64,000 nt of DNA. Origin: Acetatifactor sp. GTDB taxonomy: Bacteria; Bacillota; Clostridia; Lachnospirales; Lachnospiraceae. How positions within the stretch are numbered: position 1 is the stretch's first letter; every line of letters begins with the position of its first letter. The notes beneath the pieces were generated by a model. That model had not been told where the DNA came from. It was given only the letters and a program-made list of their open reading frames with translations, and made no database searches. The stretch lies in assembly GCA_045544275.1 (NCBI GenBank), contig JAZPYS010000084.1:1471-65470 (forward strand). Direction: 5' to 3'. Both the position numbers and the translations under genes were made by a program. Shown piece after piece: positions 9,113 through 17,439 of the stretch.

Positions 9113-9367
9113 TTTATATTTCTACAAATTAAGCCGAACTTATTTTTCAGGTTTACGGTCATATTTATATGTTTTTATCATTTAGCCGTACTATTTTAGG
9201 CATATTTTACGGTTGCTTTCTAACCATGTATCATTTAAATCTAATAAGCAATTATATTTACGGTTTAAATAGACAAAAATCAAAATGAACCGTAATTCTT
9301 ATACATTATTACGGTTGAATCAAACACAAGACCAATATTAACCGTAATCATTCGTTTTATATACAGC
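9101..9367. repeat. Degenerate ~52-bp periodic array of TTACGGT/ACCGTAA heptamers
   Basis: TTACGGT at 9101, 9153, 9207, 9258, 9309; ACCGTAA at 9289, 9341; GCCGAAC 9133 and GCCGTAC 9185. Confidence 0.8.
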
Positions 9368-9480
9368 CTATATTGAAGAAAAGGTAATACCAACCTATTA
9401 GAAACACAATTTCGAAAAGGGAGAAAAATAATGTTTGGGGGATTGTTTTTTAGAAGAGGTGTGGTATGATACGAGTGTGA

Positions 9481-10197
9481 CTGCGTTTTTTTGATATAAG
9501 GCAGGAACCATTTTGTATCCACGGTGTATTTTGGGAAAATGGGATGTTTCGCAGGATACCGGAAGCGGTAGCCCAGAGTGTGAACGAAGGGGTTTATGGT
9601 CTGCACAGCAACGGAGCCGGAGGCAGAGTGCGATTTGTAACGGATAGCCCTTATGTGGCGATTAAAACAGAGTATATACCGGGGAAAATGCCTCACTTTG
9701 CATTCAGTGGAAGTGCCGGCTTTGATATGTATGTCAAGAACGGGGGCGAAAATCGGTATATGGGAACCTTTATGCCTCCCCTTGATGTAAAAGACGGGTA
9801 TGAAAGTGTGATTGATTTTACTGAGGGTGGAGAGAGAGATTACCATTAACCTGCCCTTATACAGTTCTGTGAAAAAGCTCTATATCGGTCTGAAGGAAGG
9901 CTGTATGCTGAAGGATGCACCGGAATATCGTATAAAAAAGCCGGTGGTATATTATGGTTCCTCTATTACCCAGGGAGGATGTGCGTCCAAGCCGGGAAGC
10001 AGTTATGAAAGTATACTGTTCCGAAGATTTGAGAAGCCAAAGAAGCAGGGGATGAGAATGTGTACTTTATCAGCGGCAGGAAGTTGATGGAGTTGGTGGG
10101 TGACAATGGAACGGTGGATAATTGTCATCCTACGGACAGTGGTTTCTTCAGTATGGCATGTGCTGTTGCAGAGGTGTTTGAAGAGATTGGGGTGTAA
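9481..10197 (+). pseudogene. SGNH/GDSL hydrolase (GxDLY N-terminal domain type) pseudogene
   Basis: Three pieces: SAGFDMY domain (frame 1), YYGSSITQG block I after a frameshift at (GA)5 9830-9839, then C-terminal AGDENVYF...DNCHPTDSG..GV* in frame 1 from 10033; middle of the SGNH domain missing; in-frame TGA at 9478. Confidence 0.85.
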
Positions 10198-10277
10198 AGA
10201 ATAAATTTCAGAAGAAGTTTTTGGTGACCAGGCAGTTATGATAAGTAACGGCCTGTTTCTTTGTAATCACAATAGAC

Positions 10278-10306
10278 TTGACAGTGCGGGTTACATAGGC
10301 TATATT
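10278..10306 (+). promoter_or_regulatory. Near-consensus sigma-A promoter
   Basis: TTGACA-N17-TATATT. Confidence 0.55.
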
Positions 10307-10415
10307 ATAAATGTCTATAAAAATCTTATTTCTAATTTAAAATCTGATGGCTTTTCTGCTTAATATTTCAGAGATAATTTGATTTATAAGAAGGGGACTT
10401 AATAACTTATATGAC

Positions 10416-10444
10416 TTTACACTTTTGCAAAAATTCCCTATAAT
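10416..10444 (+). promoter_or_regulatory. Sigma-A promoter of the small ORF
   Basis: TTTACA-N17-TATAAT. Confidence 0.7.
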
Positions 10445-10480
10445 ATATGCATGGCTTATATAGAAAGGGGAAATGAAAGG

Positions 10481-10663
10481 ATGAATGAAGATTTGAATTT
10501 TGAAGAATTAAAACAGTTCAACATTGACTATTATATTAATCTTATAAGAATTAAAAGACATCAAAAAGAGGTGAATCCGGAACTTGAATTTCAGTTAAAA
10601 ACTCAAAGAAATAAACTCAGTACAATGGGTGTGAATACGAAGGATTTTGAATATGAAGAGTAA
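10481..10663 (+). CDS. Small hypothetical protein (60 aa; ORF could start at 10451)
   Basis: Own promoter, purine-rich RBS AAAGGGG, helical sequence NPELEFQLKTQRNKLSTMGVN, terminator downstream. Confidence 0.7.
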   Translation: MNEDLNFEELKQFNIDYYINLIRIKRHQKEVNPELEFQLKTQRNKLSTMGVNTKDFEYEE

Positions 10664-10724
10664 ATTGTAGCTTATAATTTAAAGGTGTAAACTCATAGAA
10701 AATTTAAGAAGTTCAGTAGACGAA

Positions 10725-10767
10725 AAAACATCAGATGATAACCTGTAGGGGAATCACCTGATGTTTT
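10725..10767. terminator. Bidirectional terminator between the small ORF and the activase gene
   Basis: AAAACATCAG ... CTGATGTTTT inverted repeat between convergent genes. Confidence 0.75.
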
Positions 10768-10778
10768 GTATTATATAT

Positions 10779-13700
10779 TTACTCCAAATTCTTTCCCGCC
10801 GTAGAAAGCATCAGCTTGATGCGGTTCAGCTGATTTACCTCACTTGCCCCGGGATCATAATCAATCGCTACGATATTGGACTCAGGGTAAGCCTTGCGGA
10901 GAGCCTTTACCACACCTTTGCCCACAATATGGTTAGGCAGACAGCCGAAGGGCTGTGTGCATACGATGTTGGGAACCCCGTCATGGATCAGTTCCACCAT
11001 TTCGCCGGTCAGGAACCATCCTTCACCGGTCTGGTTGCCGATGGACACGATGGGCTCTGCAAATTCTACTAACTTGTAGATGGACTCCGGCGGCGTAAAG
11101 TGTTTACTTTTCCGGAAAGCCTTCACGGCACTGCCACGTACAACCTTTTCGATTGTCCAAATGCCCAATTTGCTGAGCATGGAGGCTTTCTTTCCGGTGC
11201 CGAAATGTTCTGCTTTGTAAATCTGGTTGTAGAAGCAGTAAAGCATAAAACCGATCAGATCAGGTACTACAGCTTCGGCACCTTCAGCTTCCAATAGTTC
11301 AACCAGATGATTGTTTCCGGCAGGGGAGAATTTAACTAAGATCTCACCTACTACACCAACCCGGGGCTTTTTGATATCCTTCACCGGAATCATATCAAAG
11401 TCTTCAATGATCTTTCTGCAGAGGGAAGGGAACTGCAGTACATTTATATGCTTTGCGGATATAAATTCCTGAGCTTCCTTCAGCCATTTTGCGTGGATGG
11501 CATTGACACTGCCGGGCACTTCTTCGTAAGGACGCATGCGGTAGACACAGCGCATGAAAATGTCACCGATCATGGCACCTAAAGCCGCCCGAAGCAGCAG
11601 ATCTGCACTCAGCTTGAAGCCGGGGTTGGTTTCGATGCCGCCCATATTCAGGGAAATAACCGGAATGTGAGCCATGCCGGCTTTTTCCAGTGCACGACGG
11701 ATAAAGCCGATGTAGTTGGTGGCACGACAGCCGCCACCTGTCTGGGTAATGATGATGGCGATTTTGTTTAAGTCATATTTGCCGGAAAGCAGTGCTTCCA
11801 TAATCTGTCCCACTACTAAAAGAGAAGGATAACAGGCGTCATTATTTACATATTTCAGTCCCACATCCACAGAATGCTTGTTGTCGTTTTGCAGCACCTC
11901 AAAATGGTAACCGCAGGCATTGAAGGCAGGTTCTAAAATGTCAAAATGGATGGGCGACATCTGAGGGCAGAGGATGGTGTATTTTTTGCGCATTTCTTCC
12001 GTAAATTGTACCTTTGTGATGGCGCTTGACTGAATTTTGCGCTGTTTCGCTTTCTTTTCTTTTACCCGAAGGGCGGACAGCAGGGAGCGGATGCGGATGC
12101 GGGCTGCTCCTAAATTGTTGACTTCGTCGATTTTTAAACAGGTATATATCTTATCAGATCCTGTCAGGATATCACCTACCTGATCGGTGGTAACGGCATC
12201 CAGACCACAGCCGAAGGAATTCAATTGGATCAGGTCCAAATTATCCACGGTTTTTACATAGCTTGCGGCAGCATACAGTCTGGAATGGTACATCCATTGG
12301 TCGGAGACCATAAGCGGTCTTTCCGGTGCGGCCAGGTGGGAAATGGAATCTTCCGTCAGCACCGCAATATCATAAGAAGTAATCAACTCCGGAATACCGT
12401 GGTTGATCTCGGGATCTATATGGTAAGGGCGGCCTGCCAGTACAATGCCCCTTTTGCCGGTTTCTTTCAGGTAACGGAGGGTTTCTTCTCCTTTCAACTG
12501 CATGTCTTTGCGGGCAGATGCCTGTTCGGCCCATGCCTTCTGTACAGCCTGACGCACTTCATTTCCGGGAATCTCAGTGAATTCTTTCAACAGAGCATCC
12601 GTAATTGTATCCACATCCCGAAAGGACATGAAAGGATTGCGGAAAATGATCTGTCCACTGCTTATTTCTTCCATATTGTTCTTGATATTTTCAGAATATG
12701 AAGTCACGATAGGACAATTATAATGGTTGTTGGCATCTTCAAATTCGTTACGTTCGTAGAACAATGCCGGATAGAAGATGAATTTCACACCATTGTTGAT
12801 GAGCCATTTTACGTGACCATGTACCAGCTTGGCCGGATAACATTCGGACTCGCTGGGAATGGATTCAATGCCCAGTTCGTAAATTTTCCGGTTGGAGTTG
12901 GGAGAGACTACCACCCGATATCCTAATTCCGTGAAGAAGGTATGCCAGAATGGATAGTTTTCATACATGTTTAGGACTCTGGGAATACCTACAACACCTC
13001 TTGTTGCACTTTCTTCTGCCAGGGATTCATAACCGAAAATACGATTCAGCTTATATTCAAAAAGGTTCGGTACATTGTTTGCATTCTTTTTGCCGCCGAG
13101 GCCCTTTTCGCATCGGTTGCCGGATATGTACTGTCTGCCATCGGAAAAACGGTTGATGGTCAGGCGGCAGTTATTGGTGCAGCCACGACATTTTGCCATG
13201 CTGGTCTTGTATTTGAAATTGCAGACGTCTTCATAGGAAAGCATGGTGGATGGCTTGCCCTCAAAACGATCTCTGGCGATCAGCGCAGCACCGAAAGCTC
13301 CCATAATGCCTGCGATATCCGGACGGATAGCTTCACAGCCGGCGATCTTTTCAAAGCTTCGAAGAACCGCATCGTTGTAGAAGGTACCGCCCTGAACCAC
13401 TATCTGACGTCCCAGTTCAGAAGCATCTGACACCTTAATGACTTTAAAGAGTGCATTTTTAATAACGGAGTAAGCCAGTCCGGCAGAAATGTCTGCAACA
13501 GAGGCGCCTTCCTTCTGGGCCTGCTTTACTTTGGAATTCATGAATACAGTACAACGGGTACCCAGGTCGATAGGGTGTTTGGCAAAAAGTGCCTCTTTGG
13601 CAAAGTCCTGCACACTGTAGTTTAAGGATTTGGCAAAAGTTTCGATGAAGGAACCACAGCCGGAAGAGCAGGCTTCGTTTAGCTGTACACTGTCCACGGT

Positions 13701-15029
13701 ATGCTTTTTGATCTTGATACATTTCATGTCCTGGCCGCCGATGTCCAGGATGCAGTCTACCTCAGGGTTGAAAAATTCTGCTGCATAATAATGAGCAACA
13801 GTCTCTACTTCTCCATCATCCAGCATAAATGCAGCCTTCATCAGTGCCTCTCCATAACCGGTGGAGCAGGAGCGGACAATTTTCACATCTGCAGGCAGAT
13901 TTTCGTAGATTTCCTTGATGGATCGGATGGCGGTCTGCAGCGGACTGCCGTCGTTGTTACTGTAGAAGGAATAAAGCAGGGAGCCGTCCTCACCTACCAG
14001 TGCAATTTTGGTGGTGGTGGAACCGGCATCGATACCTAAATAGGCATTGCCCTTGTATGTGGACAAAGGTTTTTTTACTACCTGATGGGCCATATGACGC
14101 TTTACGAAAGCATCATATGCAGCTTCAGAATCAAAAAGCGGTTCCATACGTTCCACTTCGAATTCTAATTTAAAATCTGCAGTTAATTTTGCCAGGAGAT
14201 CCTCTAATGAAATGACTGCTTCATTTTTGGCACTCATTGCAGAACCGATGGCTGCAAACAGGTGTGGATAAGCCGGGGAGATGACATGTTCAGGGTCCAG
14301 TTTCAGTGTCCGTATAAAGGCTGCTTTTAATTCAGATAAAAAGTGCAGAGGGCCGCCTAAAAATGCTACATGGCCACGGATTGGCTTACCGCAGGCAAGT
14401 CCGCTGATGGTTTGGTTTACCACTGCCTGAAAAATGGAAGCGGACAAATCCTCCTTGGTTGCACCGTCATTGATCAGGGGCTGGATGTCTGTTTTGGCAA
14501 AAACACCGCAACGTGCAGCGATGCTGTATAAAGAAGAATACTTTTTGGCATACTCATTTAATCCGCAGGCATCTGTCTGAAGCAAAGATGCCATCTGATC
14601 GATAAAAGAACCGGTACCGCCGGCACAAATACCGTTCATTCGTTGTTCTACGCTGCCATTCTCGAAATAAATGATCTTGGCATCCTCCCCGCCCAGTTCG
14701 ATGGCAACGTCAGTTTCAGGTGCCATTTCTTTTAAGGAAACAGCAACAGCGATCACTTCCTGGGTAAAAGGAACTTGCAGGTGGTTTGCAAGGGCCAGCC
14801 CACCGGAACCGGTGATCATAGGGGACAGGGTCACATTGCCCAAAGCATCCTTGGCTCTGTTGAGTAAAGCGGCAAGAGTCTCTTTGATATTGGCAAAATG
14901 CCTTTCATAGTCTGAAAAAAGGATTGTTTGTACGTCGTCTAAAATTGCAATTTTGACTGTTGTGGAACCGATGTCGATACCCAGAGAGTATTGCGGTTTA
15001 CAAGCAGCTTTATGATTCTCTATATTCAT
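10779..15029 (-). CDS. Large 2-hydroxyacyl-CoA dehydratase activase-related protein (two BadF/BadG/BcrA/BcrD ATPase domains plus DUF2229-type domains)
   Basis: GIDIGSTT and [14 protein letters not shown] and CSSGCG, C-terminal PFGCLPNH; start set at ATG 15029 behind GGAGG. Confidence 0.88.
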   Translation of the reverse strand: MNIENHKAACKPQYSLGIDIGSTTVKIAILDDVQTILFSDYERHFANIKETLAALLNRAKDALGNVTLSPMITGSGGLALANHLQVPFTQEVIAVAVSLKEMAPETDVAIELGGEDAKIIYFENGSVEQRMNGICAGGTGSFIDQMASLLQTDACGLNEYAKKYSSLYSIAARCGVFAKTDIQPLINDGATKEDLSASIFQAVVNQTISGLACGKPIRGHVAFLGGPLHFLSELKAAFIRTLKLDPEHVISPAYPHLFAAIGSAMSAKNEAVISLEDLLAKLTADFKLEFEVERMEPLFDSEAAYDAFVKRHMAHQVVKKPLSTYKGNAYLGIDAGSTTTKIALVGEDGSLLYSFYSNNDGSPLQTAIRSIKEIYENLPADVKIVRSCSTGYGEALMKAAFMLDDGEVETVAHYYAAEFFNPEVDCILDIGGQDMKCIKIKKHTVDSVQLNEACSSGCGSFIETFAKSLNYSVQDFAKEALFAKHPIDLGTRCTVFMNSKVKQAQKEGASVADISAGLAYSVIKNALFKVIKVSDASELGRQIVVQGGTFYNDAVLRSFEKIAGCEAIRPDIAGIMGAFGAALIARDRFEGKPSTMLSYEDVCNFKYKTSMAKCRGCTNNCRLTINRFSDGRQYISGNRCEKGLGGKKNANNVPNLFEYKLNRIFGYESLAEESATRGVVGIPRVLNMYENYPFWHTFFTELGYRVVVSPNSNRKIYELGIESIPSESECYPAKLVHGHVKWLINNGVKFIFYPALFYERNEFEDANNHYNCPIVTSYSENIKNNMEEISSGQIIFRNPFMSFRDVDTITDALLKEFTEIPGNEVRQAVQKAWAEQASARKDMQLKGEETLRYLKETGKRGIVLAGRPYHIDPEINHGIPELITSYDIAVLTEDSISHLAAPERPLMVSDQWMYHSRLYAAASYVKTVDNLDLIQLNSFGCGLDAVTTDQVGDILTGSDKIYTCLKIDEVNNLGAARIRIRSLLSALRVKEKKAKQRKIQSSAITKVQFTEEMRKKYTILCPQMSPIHFDILEPAFNACGYHFEVLQNDNKHSVDVGLKYVNNDACYPSLLVVGQIMEALLSGKYDLNKIAIIITQTGGGCRATNYIGFIRRALEKAGMAHIPVISLNMGGIETNPGFKLSADLLLRAALGAMIGDIFMRCVYRMRPYEEVPGSVNAIHAKWLKEAQEFISAKHINVLQFPSLCRKIIEDFDMIPVKDIKKPRVGVVGEILVKFSPAGNNHLVELLEAEGAEAVVPDLIGFMLYCFYNQIYKAEHFGTGKKASMLSKLGIWTIEKVVRGSAVKAFRKSKHFTPPESIYKLVEFAEPIVSIGNQTGEGWFLTGEMVELIHDGVPNIVCTQPFGCLPNHIVGKGVVKALRKAYPESNIVAIDYDPGASEVNQLNRIKLMLSTAGKNLE

Positions 15030-15310
15030 GTGTAAAACCTCCATGCACATCGCCATAAAAAGCATTAGGTGCTTAGCGAAAAAAGCATAACTGATATAGA
15101 TTATGTATATAAATAAAAAACAATACATGAAATTATACGACTTTATATATTTAAAATCAAATCAAATAAAAAATCTTAGCTGTAAATTTACCGCAAAAAA
15201 AATATTAAATTATTATGAAAGTCATGAAAAAATTTTTGCTTTATTTACTTATGCGGTACAAAATGGTAAAATAATTGGGCAATACTAAATTATATTACGC
15301 TGGAGGCTTT

Positions 15311-16186
15311 ATGAGTTGGTTTGAGAAAAAATTTGGAAAATATGCGATTTCGAATATTTCGTTGATGTTGATCCTTTGCTATGGGGTGGGATATGTGCTG
15401 CAGCTGGTCAGTCCGGCATTTTTGAATTTTCTGACACTGGATCCCTACGCAATCCTCCATGGACAGATTTGGCGATTGTTCACCTGGATATTGGTTCCGC
15501 CGGATTCTCTGGATATTTTCACATTATTAATGTTGTATTTTTACTATTCGGTGGGAACATCCCTGGAAAGATATTGGGGCACATACCAGTACAATGTTTA
15601 TCTGCTGCGAGGCATGGTTTTAACAGTGCTGACAAGTTTTCTGGTTATGGGTGCAAGCTATCTTTTCTATGGTGAAATGCTGGCCACACCGGAGGTGGCA
15701 GAGGCTGTTTTTGCCATGTGCAGCTCCCTGTTCAGCACATATTATATCAATATGTCCATTCTGCTGGCGTTTGCTGCAACCTTTCCGGATGTACAGGTGC
15801 TGCTGATGTTCGTGATCCCGGTAAAAATGAAATGGCTGGGTGTTGTTTATGGTGTGATGTTGATACTCCAGCTTGTAAGTGGGACCGGTTTCCCTATGGG
15901 AGATTTGTTCTACAGATCTGCCATTGTGGTGTCATTGCTTAATTTTGCTATATTCTTCCTGATGAGCAAGAACAAGATCCACATGACACCAAAGCAGATG
16001 AAGCGCAGACAGCAGTTCAAACAGGAAGTAAAGCGCAATACTCGCATTACCCAGCATAAATGTGCCATCTGCGGACGCACAGATGAGGATGATGAGACAT
16101 TAGAGTTTAGATTCTGCTCTAAATGTGAGGGGAATTATGAATATTGCCAGTATCATCTGTTTACCCATGAACATGTGAAAAAATAG
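15311..16186 (+). CDS. Rhomboid/Derlin-like membrane protein with C-terminal Cys/His zinc finger
   Basis: GQIWRLFT (WR motif), multiple TM helices, C-terminal CAIC...CSKC...YCQYH...H.H; no GxSG seen. Confidence 0.7.
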   Translation: MSWFEKKFGKYAISNISLMLILCYGVGYVLQLVSPAFLNFLTLDPYAILHGQIWRLFTWILVPPDSLDIFTLLMLYFYYSVGTSLERYWGTYQYNVYLLRGMVLTVLTSFLVMGASYLFYGEMLATPEVAEAVFAMCSSLFSTYYINMSILLAFAATFPDVQVLLMFVIPVKMKWLGVVYGVMLILQLVSGTGFPMGDLFYRSAIVVSLLNFAIFFLMSKNKIHMTPKQMKRRQQFKQEVKRNTRITQHKCAICGRTDEDDETLEFRFCSKCEGNYEYCQYHLFTHEHVKK

Positions 16187-16243
16187 TGTAACGGTTGGAT
16201 TGGAAAATATTACTATATTTATGAAGGGGAAAGTGTAGGATAC

Positions 16244-16984
16244 ATGAATAAAGAACTTTTATTTGCCAAAACTCTGGAAAGAGTAAAGGAAATTGCCAAG
16301 GATCAGGGAAATTGTATCAGCGAAGAGCAGGTGCAGAAGGAGTTTGAGGTGCTGGGGCTGAACAATGATCAGCTGCAGATGGTCTATGATTATCTGATAA
16401 AGCACAAGATCGGTATCGGCCAGCCAGTGAACATAGACGATTATCTTTCGGATGAGGAAAAGGATTATCTGCAGACCTATTTAGATGAGATTGCCGGTCT
16501 GCCCCAGGTAAGCGAAGGAGAGAAGGAAGCTATTACCCTTTCTGCCATGGCGGGAGATCCGGATGCACAGGGGAGACTTACGGAAATCTATCTGCCGGAT
16601 GTGATTGAGATTGCGAAGCTCTACACAGGACAAGGTGTGCTGTTGGAGGACTTGATCGGAGAAGGCAATGTAGCAGTGGCCATCGGTGTGACTATGCTGG
16701 GATGTTTGGAAAATGCATCTGAAGCGCAGGGGATGCTGGGCAAGATGATCATGGATGCTATGGAGAATTATATTGAAGAAACTGCATCTAATGAGAAAGC
16801 CGACCAGAAGATCGTGGACAAGGTCAATAAGGTGTTGGATGTAGCGAAGGAATTGTCCGATGAACTGAAGCGCAAGGTGACGGTAGAAGAATTGATGCAG
16901 GAAACCGGCATGTCCCGAAGCAAGATCATGGAAGCCATCCGTTTCAGCGGAAATAATATAGAGTACATTGAGGTGGAAGAGTAA
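16244..16984 (+). CDS. Degenerate sigma-70-like protein (regions 1.1, 2.1-2.2, 3; no region 4)
   Basis: GDPDAQGRL, IAKLYTGQGVLLEDLIGEGN and ELKRKVTVEELMQETG align by eye with SigA regions 1.2/2.2/3. Confidence 0.7.
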   Translation: MNKELLFAKTLERVKEIAKDQGNCISEEQVQKEFEVLGLNNDQLQMVYDYLIKHKIGIGQPVNIDDYLSDEEKDYLQTYLDEIAGLPQVSEGEKEAITLSAMAGDPDAQGRLTEIYLPDVIEIAKLYTGQGVLLEDLIGEGNVAVAIGVTMLGCLENASEAQGMLGKMIMDAMENYIEETASNEKADQKIVDKVNKVLDVAKELSDELKRKVTVEELMQETGMSRSKIMEAIRFSGNNIEYIEVEE

Positions 16985-16987
16985 CAT

Positions 16988-17413
16988 ATGATGAAGCAGG
17001 TTTATGAAGATTATAAATATGTCATGATGGACACTAGCTATTTGTATATCGGTTCGAAGTACAGTTACGGGGAGCTGATGGAGCTGGATACGGTGCCTTT
17101 TAAATTCATGACAGTGATTGAACGGTATATTTTGCCGGATATGGGATCAGATACTTCGGTAGAAGGACACTTGTATTATATGAAGGCTGAAGATTTTACT
17201 TGTAGGACATTGCTGCAGCTGAAAGCAAAGGTCAAGATCAATCGCCTGACCGTCAAAAAGAGTCTGTTCGGTAAACAGGAAAGAGTTTATAAGACAGAAG
17301 TGTTGCCGCTGCAGGATTTTGTGAAGATGACGCCGGATGAAAAGGAACGGGAAGGCATTTTCATTCAGGAGTTGATAATCAGCAAGATGGGACTGATGAC
17401 ATTTATTGTGTAA
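16988..17413 (+). CDS. Hypothetical protein
   Basis: 141-aa ORF tightly packed in the operon (3 bp after the previous stop). Confidence 0.7.
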   Translation: MMKQVYEDYKYVMMDTSYLYIGSKYSYGELMELDTVPFKFMTVIERYILPDMGSDTSVEGHLYYMKAEDFTCRTLLQLKAKVKINRLTVKKSLFGKQERVYKTEVLPLQDFVKMTPDEKEREGIFIQELIISKMGLMTFIV

Positions 17414-17439
17414 ATAGACAGACAGGAACGTTTAAGGAG

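Noticed and set aside
9195-9204. TTTTAGGCAT copy inside the 52-bp array, matching the 32.3-kb element arm
   Set aside because: There is no ATGCCTAAA partner 22 nt downstream; likely chance in AT-rich DNA.
9081-9367. CRISPR array or 17-aa repeat protein as the explanation of the 52-bp periodicity
   Set aside because: The conserved part is only 7 bp, there are no cas genes, and the minus-strand frame that would read the repeats as protein is interrupted by several stops.
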